From Eledone cirrhosa (Eukaryota), in NCBI GenBank assembly GCA_964016885.1, contig OZ024743.1:216194001-216258000 (forward strand): a stretch of 64,000 nt of DNA, in the 5' to 3' direction. The notes under the pieces are model-generated. The model was not told the origin of the DNA. It made no database searches and saw nothing but the letters and a program-made list of their open reading frames with translations. Made by a program: the position numbers and the translations under genes. This document shows, piece by piece, positions 51,688-64,000 of the stretch; position 1 is the stretch's first letter, and each line of letters starts with the position of its first letter.

Positions 51688-53082
51688 TGTCTTCTTCTTT
51701 CTAACAACCTTAGCCTTTCAGAAATTGAAAAAAACAAAAAACATATTAGAACTTTCCTTAAAGACTATTATAATCTTAATATTACTTTTGAAAAAACAAG
51801 TAAAGTAGTAAATTTCCTAGATATAACTTTAGATTTAGCTACGGGTATCTACCAACCTTACCATAAACCTAACCAAAACTTACATTACATACACTCACAA
51901 TCTAATCACCCTAAATCTATCCTTAAAAACCTTGCATATAATATATCACTTAGAATTTCTAACCTTTCTTCTAACCAAGATGTATTTGATAAAAATGCGA
52001 CCTTCTATAACGAAGCTCTAGATAGAAGTGGCCACAAAAATAGATTAGAATATATACCTTCTACTAAAAATACTGAAAGCATACAACCTAATATTACCAA
52101 CAAACACCAAATGAAAAGTACACACCTAAATGCCACCCACACTATACCCCAAAATACCAAATCTTCTAATATAAAGTATAGTAACTCTCAAAAAACTACT
52201 CATCATACAACTCTAATAAATATTAATAATAAAACTCCTAATAAAAAGGATAAAACACCTAAATCTACAAATATAACTAAAAATGGTTGTGGTGAGATCA
52301 TTAACATTAATCCTCCTAGTAAAAATCACGATACAACCTATAAAAATAATAAAAATAATAAACAACATAGAAACCGTAATAGACGGGTTACTTGGTATAA
52401 TGCTCCATTTAATTTACAAGTTAAGGATAATATTGCTAAAAAATTTTTTTATATCCTTGAGAAAAACTTCCCGCCAAACCACAAATACCATCAAATATTA
52501 AATAGGTCTACAGTTAAATTCTCATACTCTACAACAAATAACATAAAACAAAATATAAGTGCCTATAATGCATATAAATGTAAGAAAACCATAAGTATAC
52601 CACCAGTACATCAAATTAACCATAATATCTCCTCAAATACAGAATTAACGAAAGGATGTAACTGTAGAAACAAAGCAAACTGCCCATTAAAAGGGAATTG
52701 TCTTGTTAACAACATAGTCTATAAATGTAATGTTAAAACTAAAGATTCTATTTGCTCATATATAGGAGCTACCTCTAACAATTTTAAGACAAGGTTTAAT
52801 ACCCACAAGCATAGTTTTAAAAATGCCGCACTGGCTAATACAACATCTCTAGCAGAAAAAATCAATAGTTATAAAAATAAGAATATAGAATATGATTTGA
52901 CCTGGAGTGTGCTCAAAAGAGCCACCCCTTATCAAAATAATAGAAATGAATGTAGATTATGTTCCCAAGAACTATTTGAAATAATGAAATCTAAGGATAT
53001 CTTATTAAATAAACGACAGGAATTAATTATATCGTGTAATCATAAACTAAAAAAAACATTTAAATATTATAAACCTAATTAA
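51688..53082 (+). CDS. Penelope-like (Naiad-like) RT C-terminus plus GIY-YIG endonuclease, 5'-truncated
   Basis: The frame of ORF 52111-53082 stays open upstream to 51688: [46 protein letters not shown]. Then [48 protein letters not shown] and CRLC..E..LLNKRQE. Confidence 0.88.
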   Translation, partial: CLLLSNNLSLSEIEKNKKHIRTFLKDYYNLNITFEKTSKVVNFLDITLDLATGIYQPYHKPNQNLHYIHSQSNHPKSILKNLAYNISLRISNLSSNQDVFDKNATFYNEALDRSGHKNRLEYIPSTKNTESIQPNITNKHQMKSTHLNATHTIPQNTKSSNIKYSNSQKTTHHTTLININNKTPNKKDKTPKSTNITKNGCGEIININPPSKNHDTTYKNNKNNKQHRNRNRRVTWYNAPFNLQVKDNIAKKFFYILEKNFPPNHKYHQILNRSTVKFSYSTTNNIKQNISAYNAYKCKKTISIPPVHQINHNISSNTELTKGCNCRNKANCPLKGNCLVNNIVYKCNVKTKDSICSYIGATSNNFKTRFNTHKHSFKNAALANTTSLAEKINSYKNKNIEYDLTWSVLKRATPYQNNRNECRLCSQELFEIMKSKDILLNKRQELIISCNHKLKKTFKYYKPN

Positions 53083-54416
53083 TAACATTATTTTAGAAAT
53101 TAATTTAATTTAAATGTTAGTTAACCTATAAATTTAATTTAAGTAAAATTTTATTACAGATGAGAATATAAAATATTATGTAATCATAAATTGTGAAAAA
53201 CCTTTAAATATTACTAATATATACTTAGTAATTTAATTTATAGATTAATTTTAATTTATTTAAACCTTTTTTTATTATAATTCTTTTACAGATAAAATAT
53301 AACAAAATAATATCGTGTATCCAATGACAGAGAAATAATTTTTAGTATTATAGACCTAATTAATATACATTTTAGAAATATATTTATAATTTGGTTTTAA
53401 TTTTAATCAACCTAAAAATTTAATTTAATTTGCTTAAAATTAGTATCCTTATACAGACGAATTGCAGAATGTCATGTAATCATAGAATGGGATGTGTTTT
53501 GGATATATACCTAGTTAATATATTCTATGCAATTTTTTGAAAAAAATATGTATATGTATATGTGTATGTGTATGTGTGTGTGTATGTATATGTGTATATA
53601 TGTATATATATATGTGTATATATATGTATATATGTATGTGTATGTATATGTATATGTATATGTATTAATTTTGATTTCTATTTGCATATAATTATATTCT
53701 GCTATTGATAAAATACAATATCTGTTTTATTTATTATATACCTAATTAACTTATACTATAGAAATAAATATATAATTTTTAATTTAGTTAACCTATAATT
53801 TATATTCTACTACCGATGTAATACTTTATTTGTTTTTTCCCTATTACTAAATTCATTTCCTAATATTGATACCATAACGTTTTAACTTTAATTTAGTTAT
53901 ACTATAATTAATACTCTACTACTATTTAACTTCAAAATTCTGCTTCAAATATTATAAACCTAACTAATTTACACCTTGGAAATCAATATGTTAACTATCT
54001 TTAGTTTAGTTAACATATAATTAATGGTATACTTGTTTATTTTGAAATGCATAGATTTTGCCTTATTTCTTGTTTATTGTATTTCCTAACACTGAAACTA
54101 TGTAAAAACATACATTGGATCAAGATACGGATAATATTCTATGTTTCTTGAAACATATATTTACTATAATCCCCTTCTCCAAACCCCCCCTTTCCCCCAT
54201 ACTATTATCATCTGTATTTGTAAGCGTGTATGTATGAATATATATGTAGGTAGGTGTGTATATATGTTTGGGTATTTATATCTGAATATAAAAATACATA
54301 TATGCGCATGCAAATATGAATGTAAGATTGTGTGTGTATATATGTGTGTGTGTATGTATGTATATATGTGTATATATGCATGTGTATATGTGTGTGTATG
54401 TGAATGTGTGTATGTG

Positions 54417-54495
<79 letters not shown>

Positions 54496-54702
54496 GTGTG
54501 TGTATGTATGTGTGTGTATGTGTGGTTGTATATATATGTATGTCTCTCTATTTATATGTCTATCTTCGTATCTATGTGGATATATGTGTGTGTGTGTATG
54601 TATACACATATATGTGTTTATGTGTATATGTGTCTATGTGTATATATGTGTGTGTGCACACACATATATATGTGAGTGTGTATATGTGTCTGTGTATATA
54701 TA

Positions 54703-54742
<40 letters not shown>

Positions 54743-54782
54743 TGTCTATGTGTGTATATATGTCTATATTCGTATGTGTGTA

Positions 54783-54835
<53 letters not shown>

Positions 54836-55081
54836 ATATATATATATATATATTATTTATTATTATAATATAACTTATGTGTATGTGTGTATATGTGAGG
54901 GTGTGTATATGTATATAATATGTGTATATATAAGTGTAAAAAAATATATATATGTGCATGTCTGTTTTTTATGTGTGTGTATATATATATATATATATGT
55001 GTGTATATATATGTATATGTGGGTGTTTGTATGTGTATTTATGGTGGTATGTGTGTGTGGGTATGTATACATATATATGAA

Positions 55082-55144
<63 letters not shown>

Positions 55145-55369
55145 CTCTATTAATGCGTGTATATATGTATTTGCATATGCCTTTTTATTTTTATTTGTAT
55201 GTCTGAGTTGGGTGAGGTTGTAGTGGTGTTTCTATGTATATACGCATATATGGATGCGTATGTATTTGTATATATGAGTATATGTATGTGCATATGTATG
55301 TATGATTATATATCTAATTCTATGTATGAATATATATGTATATATATGTGTGTATGTAAGTTGTGTGTG

Positions 55370-55471
55370 TATGTATGTATATGTCTATGTGTGTATATAT
55401 ATATGTATGTATATCTATGTATGTGTATGTATGTACATGTATGTCTATGTATGTGTGTATGTATGTGTGTG

Positions 55472-55554
<83 letters not shown>

Positions 55555-55773
55555 CTTTATTATTTATTTTTTATATATATGTGTGTGTATGTATGTGTGT
55601 GTGTGTGTGTGTATATATATCTTTATATATGTGTATGTGTATGTTCGTGTAGGTGTATGTGTGTATATGACTTTATATGTATGTGTGTATGTGTGTATGC
55701 GTATATATTTCTATGTGTGTGTACATGTATGTATGTGTATGTATGTGTATGTGTGTGTATGTGTATATGTATG

Positions 55774-55807
<34 letters not shown>

Positions 55808-56148
55808 TGTGTGTATATATATATATATATATCTATATGTTTTTCTATTTGTATATGTATGTGTGTATAGGTATATACCTTTCTCTTTGTATGTCTAAGT
55901 TGTGTGATAGTGTAGTGGTGTTTGTATGTATATACCGATATATAGATGCGTAAGTATTTGTCTGTATGTATGTATGTAAGTCTGTATATATTTGTGTGTA
56001 TATATAGCTATGTATGTGTATATCTGTATGTATATAAGTATGTAAGTGTTGTATATGTGCGTGTATGTGTGTGGTTATATATATGTGTGTCTATATAGTA
56101 TGTGTGATTATATGTATATGTATGTGTGTATGTATGTGTATATACATA

Positions 56149-56189
<41 letters not shown>

Positions 56190-56337
56190 ATCTATATGTA
56201 TATGTGTATATGTATGTATGTGTGTATATGTATATGTTTATATATGTGTGTGTATGTATGTTCTTAGTGTGGATGTGTGTATATGTATGTATGTGTTTGT
56301 ATATGTGTGTATATATATGTATGTGTGTGTGTGTGTG

Positions 56338-56414
<77 letters not shown>

Positions 56415-57260
56415 TTTCTTGATATATTTCTTTTTTCTTTTTTCTTTCTATTCTTTCCTCTTTAATGTTTATTTATTATTTATTATTTTTTATTTTCTTA
56501 GTTTATAGATACATCTATATTAAGCAGTCTGCCCAGACCGTTGAATACTGACCTCTCCCCCCCCCCTCCCACCTAATTTCTGTATCTTGATCTAAATGTG
56601 TGTGCCAGTGTTTATGTGAGTGAATTAATATCCATGTGCTTATGATTTTATATCCACATATATAAATGTGAGTGGGGGTGTGTGTGTGTTTGTATGTTCG
56701 TGGTTATGTGTATATTTATGCATATACGCGCGTGTATGTGTGATTGTACGGATATGTGTGAGTATGAAAAAATATATTTATATACTTAATTTCATATTTG
56801 TGTGTCTATACGCATCTTATCTGTGCATTATAAACTTACAGAGACATTAACCTTGAAATGTTGTATTTGCATCCATCCTTTTAGTATGCGTATACAAATT
56901 ATACATACATTTTTGTAAAATATGTGTAAGGGTTTTACATGTATATACACACACCGAACTGCATTTAACCTTTTGTGTTTTCATTGGTCAATTTTGTTCC
57001 CAAACGGACCTGAAATTTTGAATTGTTGTTATTATCAATAAATATACTTCATTATTTCTGAAGACGGCGTATATACGTGTTGGTATGTATATTTAATCTT
57101 GATAGTTTGTATAATTTTGTATAATTTTGTACATAGATCTGTTGAATATGCATGCCAATTCTAACACATATATATCCTAGAAACGATCGTTAAATAATGA
57201 ACTTTTTTTGTTTAATATAAGGAACTGTCTCATTGTTTATTCATTATTTGTTTAATATTT

Positions 57261-57263
<3 letters not shown>
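55370..57263 (+). repeat. Right arm of ~1.9 kb inverted repeat (3' end / pLTR region of the PLE)
   Basis: Reverse complement of 49799-51685. Confidence 0.95.
57048..57201 (+). ncRNA. Type I hammerhead ribozyme with very long stem II
   Basis: TTCATTATTT-CTGAAGA-[115 nt]-GAAA-C GATC G-TT-AAATAATGAA: perfect 10-bp stem I, palindromic stem III, GUU triplet at 57189-57191. Confidence 0.8.
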
Positions 57264-57292
<29 letters not shown>

Positions 57293-57347
57293 CATATATA
57301 TATAAGTAGCGATTCTTTGCTTAAACTTTAATCTGTTATTTTAATAA

Positions 57348-57382
<35 letters not shown>

Positions 57383-57926
57383 TATAGTGAGAGAGAGAGG
57401 GGGGATGGCTTCTCCAGGATTAGAACTGTTTCATTCGAAGGAAATCAACAGGAAAGCCGACGGTAAATGTGACATGGTGTTACGGATCTAGCTGTCGAAA
57501 CGGCCGGAGCTCAGCCGTTGGGGGCCTGACTCTTTTCCTATTACCCACTCTACTAACCCAAGTATCGAGTAATCTTGTACGTTATGGTCCACCTGGATTC
57601 TTACCACATTTTCTTTGCTATATATATAAATATATATGTGGTTAAACACCAAGTATTCTATGTTACAAAGAGCTGCGCATAGAATTTGAACTCTAGATAT
57701 TCTACTGCTTTCAAATTTGATTACTGGTAAACAACAGGATGTTTTAGATATCGATTCTAATTCATAGCATCTTCAATTGGAGGTTTCAGATTTGGAAGAC
57801 CGTCACTGGTGCGCATGAAAACAGTTTATATGCGTAAATAAAAACATACAGACATTCTCATATATGAATATAGATTATATATATATATATACCCACATAT
57901 GTATATAAATATATATATATGTGTGC

Positions 57927-57928
<2 letters not shown>

Positions 57929-57979
<51 letters not shown>

Positions 57980-57987
57980 ATAGAGAG

Positions 57988-58020
<33 letters not shown>
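57929..58020. repeat. (AG)n microsatellite
   Basis: Direct read. Confidence 0.95.
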
Positions 58021-58232
58021 ACGAGAGTGAGAAAGGGAATATACTTTTTCCCGGTTCGTTATCCTCCTTTAAATCGAACATTATCTTTAGTTTTATCGGT
58101 ATTACATGACAATTGTTGTTGGTTGTTGTTTATTTCATTTCTCTTCATTATGCATTCTCATTCAAGCAATAGATTAAAGAACACATATTGTTCTTTTCTA
58201 TTTTGTTATATGCTTATCATCATCATTATCAT

Positions 58233-58285
<53 letters not shown>

Positions 58286-58286
58286 A

Positions 58287-58350
<64 letters not shown>
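58233..58350. repeat. (AGT)n microsatellite
   Basis: Direct read. Confidence 0.95.
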
Positions 58351-58351
<1 letters not shown>

Positions 58352-59098
58352 TTTTTAAATTTTGTTGGCCTAGTTGATGCTGTAGTTGACAAGTGCAATG
58401 ATGGTAATTCCTCATTATTAATGAGAGTAAAACTTTTGTTTATTGATGTCCTTTGCAAAGGCCCTATTTTTAAGAAGAGAATCGGCATTTTGTTTCATGT
58501 ATGATAGTTGAATAAGACGAAAAAACAAGGTTCGGCTACTTGATTTATTTTTATGCCTATCGATTAATTGAACCTACGCAATATAAAGGGTATTTCACGT
58601 TATACATTTTGCTTCAGTGGTTTCGTTCTCAGAATGAACATTTTGCATTTCTTGTTTTTAGTTGCTCTTATTTTATTCTGTTTACTATTATCTTTTAAAG
58701 AATCCTGTTCCACAACAAATACAAATTGGTAAATGTTGGAAATAGCATTTGGAGATAAGAAAAAATGCAAATCAAAAGATAGCATAACACTTCAGCGTTG
58801 ACATGGTTTTCACTCAAATCTGTATTTCTGCGGCTTTACGTTTATTGCTGGTTAAATTAATCTTCCCACGCCACGCTGTATTTCGTAAGCTAGATACTTA
58901 TATTAAATTCCTTTGGCAGTAAGCAGATAGGAGACAAATCTCTATCTTATCCTAAACAGGACTCTAATCCATCACCAATTAACTCAACTAAGAAAGAAAT
59001 ATAACGAGGAAGTAAGGAAGAAAAAGAGAGAGATAGATAGAGAGATAGAGAGATATGTAGACAGAGAAAGAGAATTAGAGACGGACGGGGGAGTGAGT

Positions 59099-59237
<139 letters not shown>

Positions 59238-60231
59238 GCGTTAGATTAGTAATAGAAAGTGAGGGAAGGGTGCTGAGCGTCTGAATAGGAATTGCAAGAG
59301 ATCTAGATTCAAAATGGGAAATAAAGAAACAGACCAGCAATTTCCCAACTACATAATCCGAGGAGAAAATGAGAATAACGTTAAGCGTCTTAACAAAAGG
59401 CAGCATGCAACATCTGCTTTGAATATAAAGTCGTGTCCTGTTGTGACAATCCTAGCTAGATTAGGAGGGAGAGTAGGCAGGTAGAAATATAGCTCGGTGA
59501 CATAACGGGACGGAAATGCTGGTGGATATGGAATGAAACATATAAATGATTATGATAAACGAAATGGGAAAGAAAGACTAAAACTTGACGGAGAGGGAGA
59601 AAGAGAGAGGAATAAATGATGAGACAGAGAGAGAGAGATAGAGAGAGAGAGAGTGACCACAAGACAGGGTTACATGCACTTTTCTTTTTAATATGATCAC
59701 ACAACCCTACTGGTTAGTATCACGTGTAACAGTGAAATGTTCTTTGACGCCATTTAAATGCATGCCGAAAATTACATTTATCAAACATGGATGAATTTAG
59801 AACAAAATCAATTCTTATATGATTCAAATACTGAAACACAAGCAACTTGGGGATTTAAGGCAAGTGTGAATACATAGTCGTAATATTTCGGTGTTAAACA
59901 TATATCATAATATAATCAAAAACAACTAATGGACAAATAGAGTAAGATTCTCGTTTCTGTAGACCGAAAATATTGTAGTGCTTTAATAAAAGATCTACTT
60001 TCAATATTCTTAATACGCATTTTCCGGTGTATTCTTCTTGCTTGTTCGTTTCATACACGGCAAGCACAGAAGCACGGATCGAGAAGATATACGATACGAG
60101 CCATTACTCTCATGACTATCTCGTATAGAATGATCATAGTATCAACATAGTTTTTTTCTATGAACGTAAGGCATTGTTTTCTTCCTTACAGATTCACGTC
60201 TACCGAAAAGGGAATGAACTTTTTTCTTCCT

Positions 60232-60235
<4 letters not shown>

Positions 60236-60288
<53 letters not shown>
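60236..60288. repeat. (TA)n microsatellite
   Basis: Direct read. Confidence 0.95.
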
Positions 60289-60291
<3 letters not shown>

Positions 60292-61660
60292 CATACCTAC
60301 ATGTATATATATATATGTATATATTTATATATATATTAAAAAGTTTGACTAGTTTAGATTACACCAACCATGACAAGGAACCACCATAAAGTGACTTTTG
60401 TCGTTCATATGGACCGAGTACTTACTTTACCATGTCTGATATTTTTTTTAGTATCGATAATTCACATAATTCAAAGCCGAGACAGAAAAATACAACACCG
60501 TAAATCGAGCCACAACTCACGAATAAAGAGATATATGTCAATGCGCGTAAATGACCGTCTTCAGCAGTTGTCTACAAAACTTCATTCACAAGACATTGCT
60601 GCATTTGATGTTATTAGAAATTGCTGCACTTGATGTTATTAGAATATACTCGCCTAAATATGTTTGCGTTTTTGATCATTTAATTTTTACTTTACACTTA
60701 TTTAGGAATCGTGAAACCTGCCACAAATGGATAAAATAAATACGTTAAAGTATTCCAGTGTTATACTGGTGTCGCAGCAAACTATACCACATCTCAAATC
60801 TCTTCTTTTGAACCTGCGCCAAAAGCAATCAACTTTGTTTTAAATATTCCTATAACATGTAGTTATTTGTGGTATTTTCAAAAGCATGCCAAATTAATTC
60901 TAATTTTCTTGCCAAAATCTATTTTTCAATCTGCTCCTATTTTCCTTCGTTCTTTGTATTAATCATCTTCCAAATACGTAGTTTTGTTATGTTGTTTATT
61001 TTTTCTCTCATGTTATTCTTAATTATTTTTTGTCATTTCATTGCGGACTAGGTTTTGTTTTTGGATTATTAATTGCGTACCTTTTTTCTTTTGTCTTTAA
61101 CTGAATTCGCAATTTTTTATTTTTTATTTTCCAAATATATGAAACTGTTATGTATTTTTTTCTTGCCAGGAAGTTATCGGCGGTATATACATTGAGTGCC
61201 AGAAAATTTCTACTTTGGTATTTCAAACATAATACATAGCTATGCTTGATGAAAATATTAAGATAACAAGTATATATTCACCTGGCAAGAGCACAGACAT
61301 GTTGTGGACAAGGGTATATCACCATATATGCAATCTATATATATATATGATCATATATTATAGAAGAGGTAATTATATTATTGTTCCCACATAGATTTCT
61401 ATCAAGAATTTAGAATGATATTTTCTTATGACAAGGTTCCATTCAATTGTTATTAATTAGATTTCAGCATATTTATGCGAATATATGTCTTATTCCTATG
61501 GACAATTCAATAGTGCTTAAGGTATTTCTATTTTCATTTTTGAATATAAATTTGTTTGTATTCAAAATCACTTTTGCTTTGTTTTAGGATTTGCTTCTGG
61601 TGTTATTCCAATGTTGCAACTGCTGTGAAAAAATGTGCAAAAACAGTTGTACTATTATTT

Positions 61661-61810
61661 GGGCGGTGGGTAGGCAGTATCTGATAGAGCATCGGACAAT
61701 ATGCATCGGAGCTTAGAGTTGCGGCCTTATACGTTCTCAGTTCAAATGCCGACGACGTTCGCTTTACCTTTTCTCTTTCGAGTCGATATAATAAAGTACC
61801 AGTAATGCAC
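61661..61810 (+). mobile_element. tRNA-derived SINE, 5' part (3' part resumes at ~62832-62900)
   Basis: GGGCGGTGG..AGTTCAAATGCC..GTCGATATAATAAAGTACCAGT; same family as 46370. Confidence 0.75.
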
Positions 61811-62824
61811 AATTAACAAAAAATACATCAACTTACTGAGAGTAACTTACACCACCTCAACAGCATATATCAAAACAGATTTGGGAACTACACGGTGTAT
61901 AGACATCTTGAAGGGAGTTAAGTCGGGGATGTACTATCAGCACATCTTTTCTGTATTGTTATAGCTGCACTTATCTACCGAACTGAAGATGAATGCTCTT
62001 CCGGCTATCAAATAGGAGGTAACGTCCTATCAAATCTTAGCCACGCAGACGATCTGGCCATCATGAGTTATTGAAGAACTGATCTGCAAAACTTTCTGAA
62101 TGTACTGGCCAAGGATTCACTAGAAACTGTCTTACACATCAGCATCTCCAAAACAAAGTGTATGACAACTGATAAAACAATGCCTATCTACAATTCACAA
62201 TCTACCACCAACAAATTGCTCATGTAATGGAGTTTGTATATCTCGGTCACAAGCTATCATTAAACAACAATGGAATGGTTGCTGCGCAGTATCGCATCGC
62301 TCTAAGTTGGGCAGCTTTCAATTGGAATAAGGAAGTACTAATATCAAAACGAGTTTCCTATCATTTCAAGGCTAAGAACCTCGATACTTACATCTTACCA
62401 GTTGTGTTATATGGTCTTGTGTTATTTGGACGACACAGTTACTTCAGAATGTCTCTACATTCCAAAACCACATCACGAGATTTATGATTGGCAAGCGTCT
62501 CAGCGACCATATCTGTATCAGTGGGTTGCTCAACATCACCAGGCTTAGACCAATCACATCGGTTGTCTGGCCAAGAGTGCTTAAACTGTATGGTTATATC
62601 AAAATATCAACTCGTGGTGTGAGTAAGTTATGCCTAGAAGGAAAGTTGGCTAGTAAAAGAAGCAGAGGCCGGTAGCCAAAACGATGGCTTGATAATATCA
62701 ACTTATGGACTGGATTTAACCTTTGATCTTTAAACTCTGCTATGGGGGATAGAAATTTGGGGAGAAAAATATCTCATGATGATGTGCCGTGTGCACCTGG
62801 GGAAGTTAGCATTTAGAAGGAATG
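61811..62824 (+). mobile_element. 5'-truncated, decayed RTE-like LINE inserted in the SINE
   Basis: KGVKSG/DVLSAHLF, NLSHADDLA, EFVYLG, RIALSWAAF, YILPVVLYG, EGKLASKRSRGR; short GAAT tail; TSD AATGCAC at 61804-61810 and 62825-62831. Confidence 0.8.
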
Positions 62825-63341
62825 AATGCACTTAGGTTGATTTAATGGACTTTCCCCTTCCCTTCAAATTGCTGAACTTTTGTCTAAATTAGAAAAAAAT
62901 TATCATTTGTTTGTAGAGTGTTTGCCTTTTGTACGGATTTTATGAGTTATGTTTTAATAATGTGAATTGGTTAAGTAAAAATAATCATCGTATTATTTTG
63001 TTGTATGCTGTGTTTGGTTTACCCAACCTAGACCCTATCTACCTCGTCATTGCAGATGGTTTCAGAAAATGACAGGAGTTGATTTATGTTAGTACACTTA
63101 AAATTTTGGAAACATAATCGTGTACGAAACCGGTTTACATCCATTACATAAATAAAAATGTATCTAAACATATATGCAAATAAAATCGGTCAGAGCTTTG
63201 TGAATGCTTGAAAATGTCATGACACAATGACAATGTCAAAATGCTTCATAAGCTGTGGGTTCGAATCTTGCAAATGGTACTTATATAGATGTTAATATAA
63301 AATATACATAAGTACATACATGAATGGTACGTACGTATATG

Positions 63342-63350
<9 letters not shown>

Positions 63351-63390
<40 letters not shown>

Positions 63391-63464
63391 TCATACATGC
63401 AGACGTACATACACGCATAAGTACATGCCTACGTGCCTACCTACATACATACATTCTCACACAC

Positions 63465-63496
<32 letters not shown>

Positions 63497-63518
63497 GCGC
63501 TCGCGCACACACACACAC
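63351..63518. repeat. Compound (TA)n/(CA)n microsatellite
   Basis: Direct read. Confidence 0.85.
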
Positions 63519-64000
63519 CTATACATGCGTATGTACAATATACACGTGTGTTTCTATGTTCGTACATGTGTGTATTAATATATGATGGTGCGGATGATTA
63601 TACACGTGTTAATTTATGCGTAAGTACATACATACATTTACCTACACTCAGTACATCACTCTCAGAAACGAAGCTTTTGTATCTGTGGTAAAATGTTTTT
63701 ATATATCTTTGCGTATAGCAATACATCTGTATAGACGTGTTTACAATGAAGAAATTGTACTTTTTGTGTGTCCATAATATACGTGGTCGCTTATTCAAAT
63801 TCTCAATAGAGAATTTAGTTACGTAATTTTACTAAATGCTAAATATTAACCAAATAACGTATGTATTCTTACAGAATGGAGATGGGCTATTAGCCTTACA
63901 TTATATGAATGCATTCCATTAGGAAATGAGATCCTCACCTAACATTCGCAAAATAACGAACATTTCTGACTGCGGTATTCTGGCAAGCGTTTTAACGAAG

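Larger units (their letters stand above)
49665..57263 (+). mobile_element. Penelope-like element (Naiad-like), 5'-truncated, with inverted copy of its 3' end, inserted in (TA)n
   Basis: RT-thumb plus GIY-YIG ORF, hammerhead near the 3' end, ~1.9 kb inverted repeat, (TA)n on both flanks. Confidence 0.85.

Noticed and set aside
51688-53082. Selenoprotein-type Naiad (in-frame UGA at Cys positions)
   Set aside because: The retained frame has no internal TGA, Cys codons are TGT/TGC and the stop is TAA. The missing 5' part cannot be assessed.
49799-57263. DNA transposon with long TIRs
   Set aside because: No transposase or TSD visible, the enclosed ORF is PLE RT/GIY-YIG, and the arms contain the PLE-type hammerhead.
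57454-57512. Hammerhead-like GAAACGGCCG motif
   Set aside because: The upstream core reads CCGACGG and there is no NUH triplet; too decayed to call.
60595-60644. 25-bp tandem duplication ATTGCTGCA(T/C)TTGATGTTATTAGAA
   Set aside because: Two adjacent units with no spacer: an ordinary slippage duplication, not CRISPR-like.
63250-63280. B-box GGTTCGAATC suggesting a tRNA gene
   Set aside because: No cloverleaf or A-box at the right spacing; at most a SINE relic.

Overview
AT-rich, microsatellite-dense animal (eukaryotic) DNA. The SINE sequences resemble octopus/cephalopod repeats as I recall them; that assignment is inference only. No host gene can be called with confidence. About 65% of the window is two arrays of non-LTR retrotransposons (1-5535 and 12677-48828) whose units are joined almost entirely by (AAT)n tracts. 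Two R4/Dong-clade families (single ORF: RT, CCHC knuckle, restriction-like endonuclease) lie on the + strand. Three Tx1-clade families (ORF1 plus APE-RT ORF2) and a tRNA-derived SINE lie on the - strand. The SINE shares its 3' terminus with the Tx1 elements. The Tx1 elements carry a splice donor at the ORF1 stop and, in family X, an acceptor in the 3'UTR, so ORF2 may be a removable intron. At 49665-57263 is a 5'-truncated Penelope-like element (Naiad-like RT thumb plus GIY-YIG) with a ~4.2 kb microsatellite-rich 3' region. Its last ~1.9 kb is duplicated in inverted orientation, and each arm ends in a hammerhead ribozyme with a 115-nt stem II domain. More hammerhead motifs lie next to (TA)n tracts. 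An RTE-like fragment with a 7-bp TSD interrupts a SINE at 61.8-62.8 kb. All autonomous elements are disrupted. Family names A/B/X/Y/Z are my labels, and all calls are by eye without database searches.
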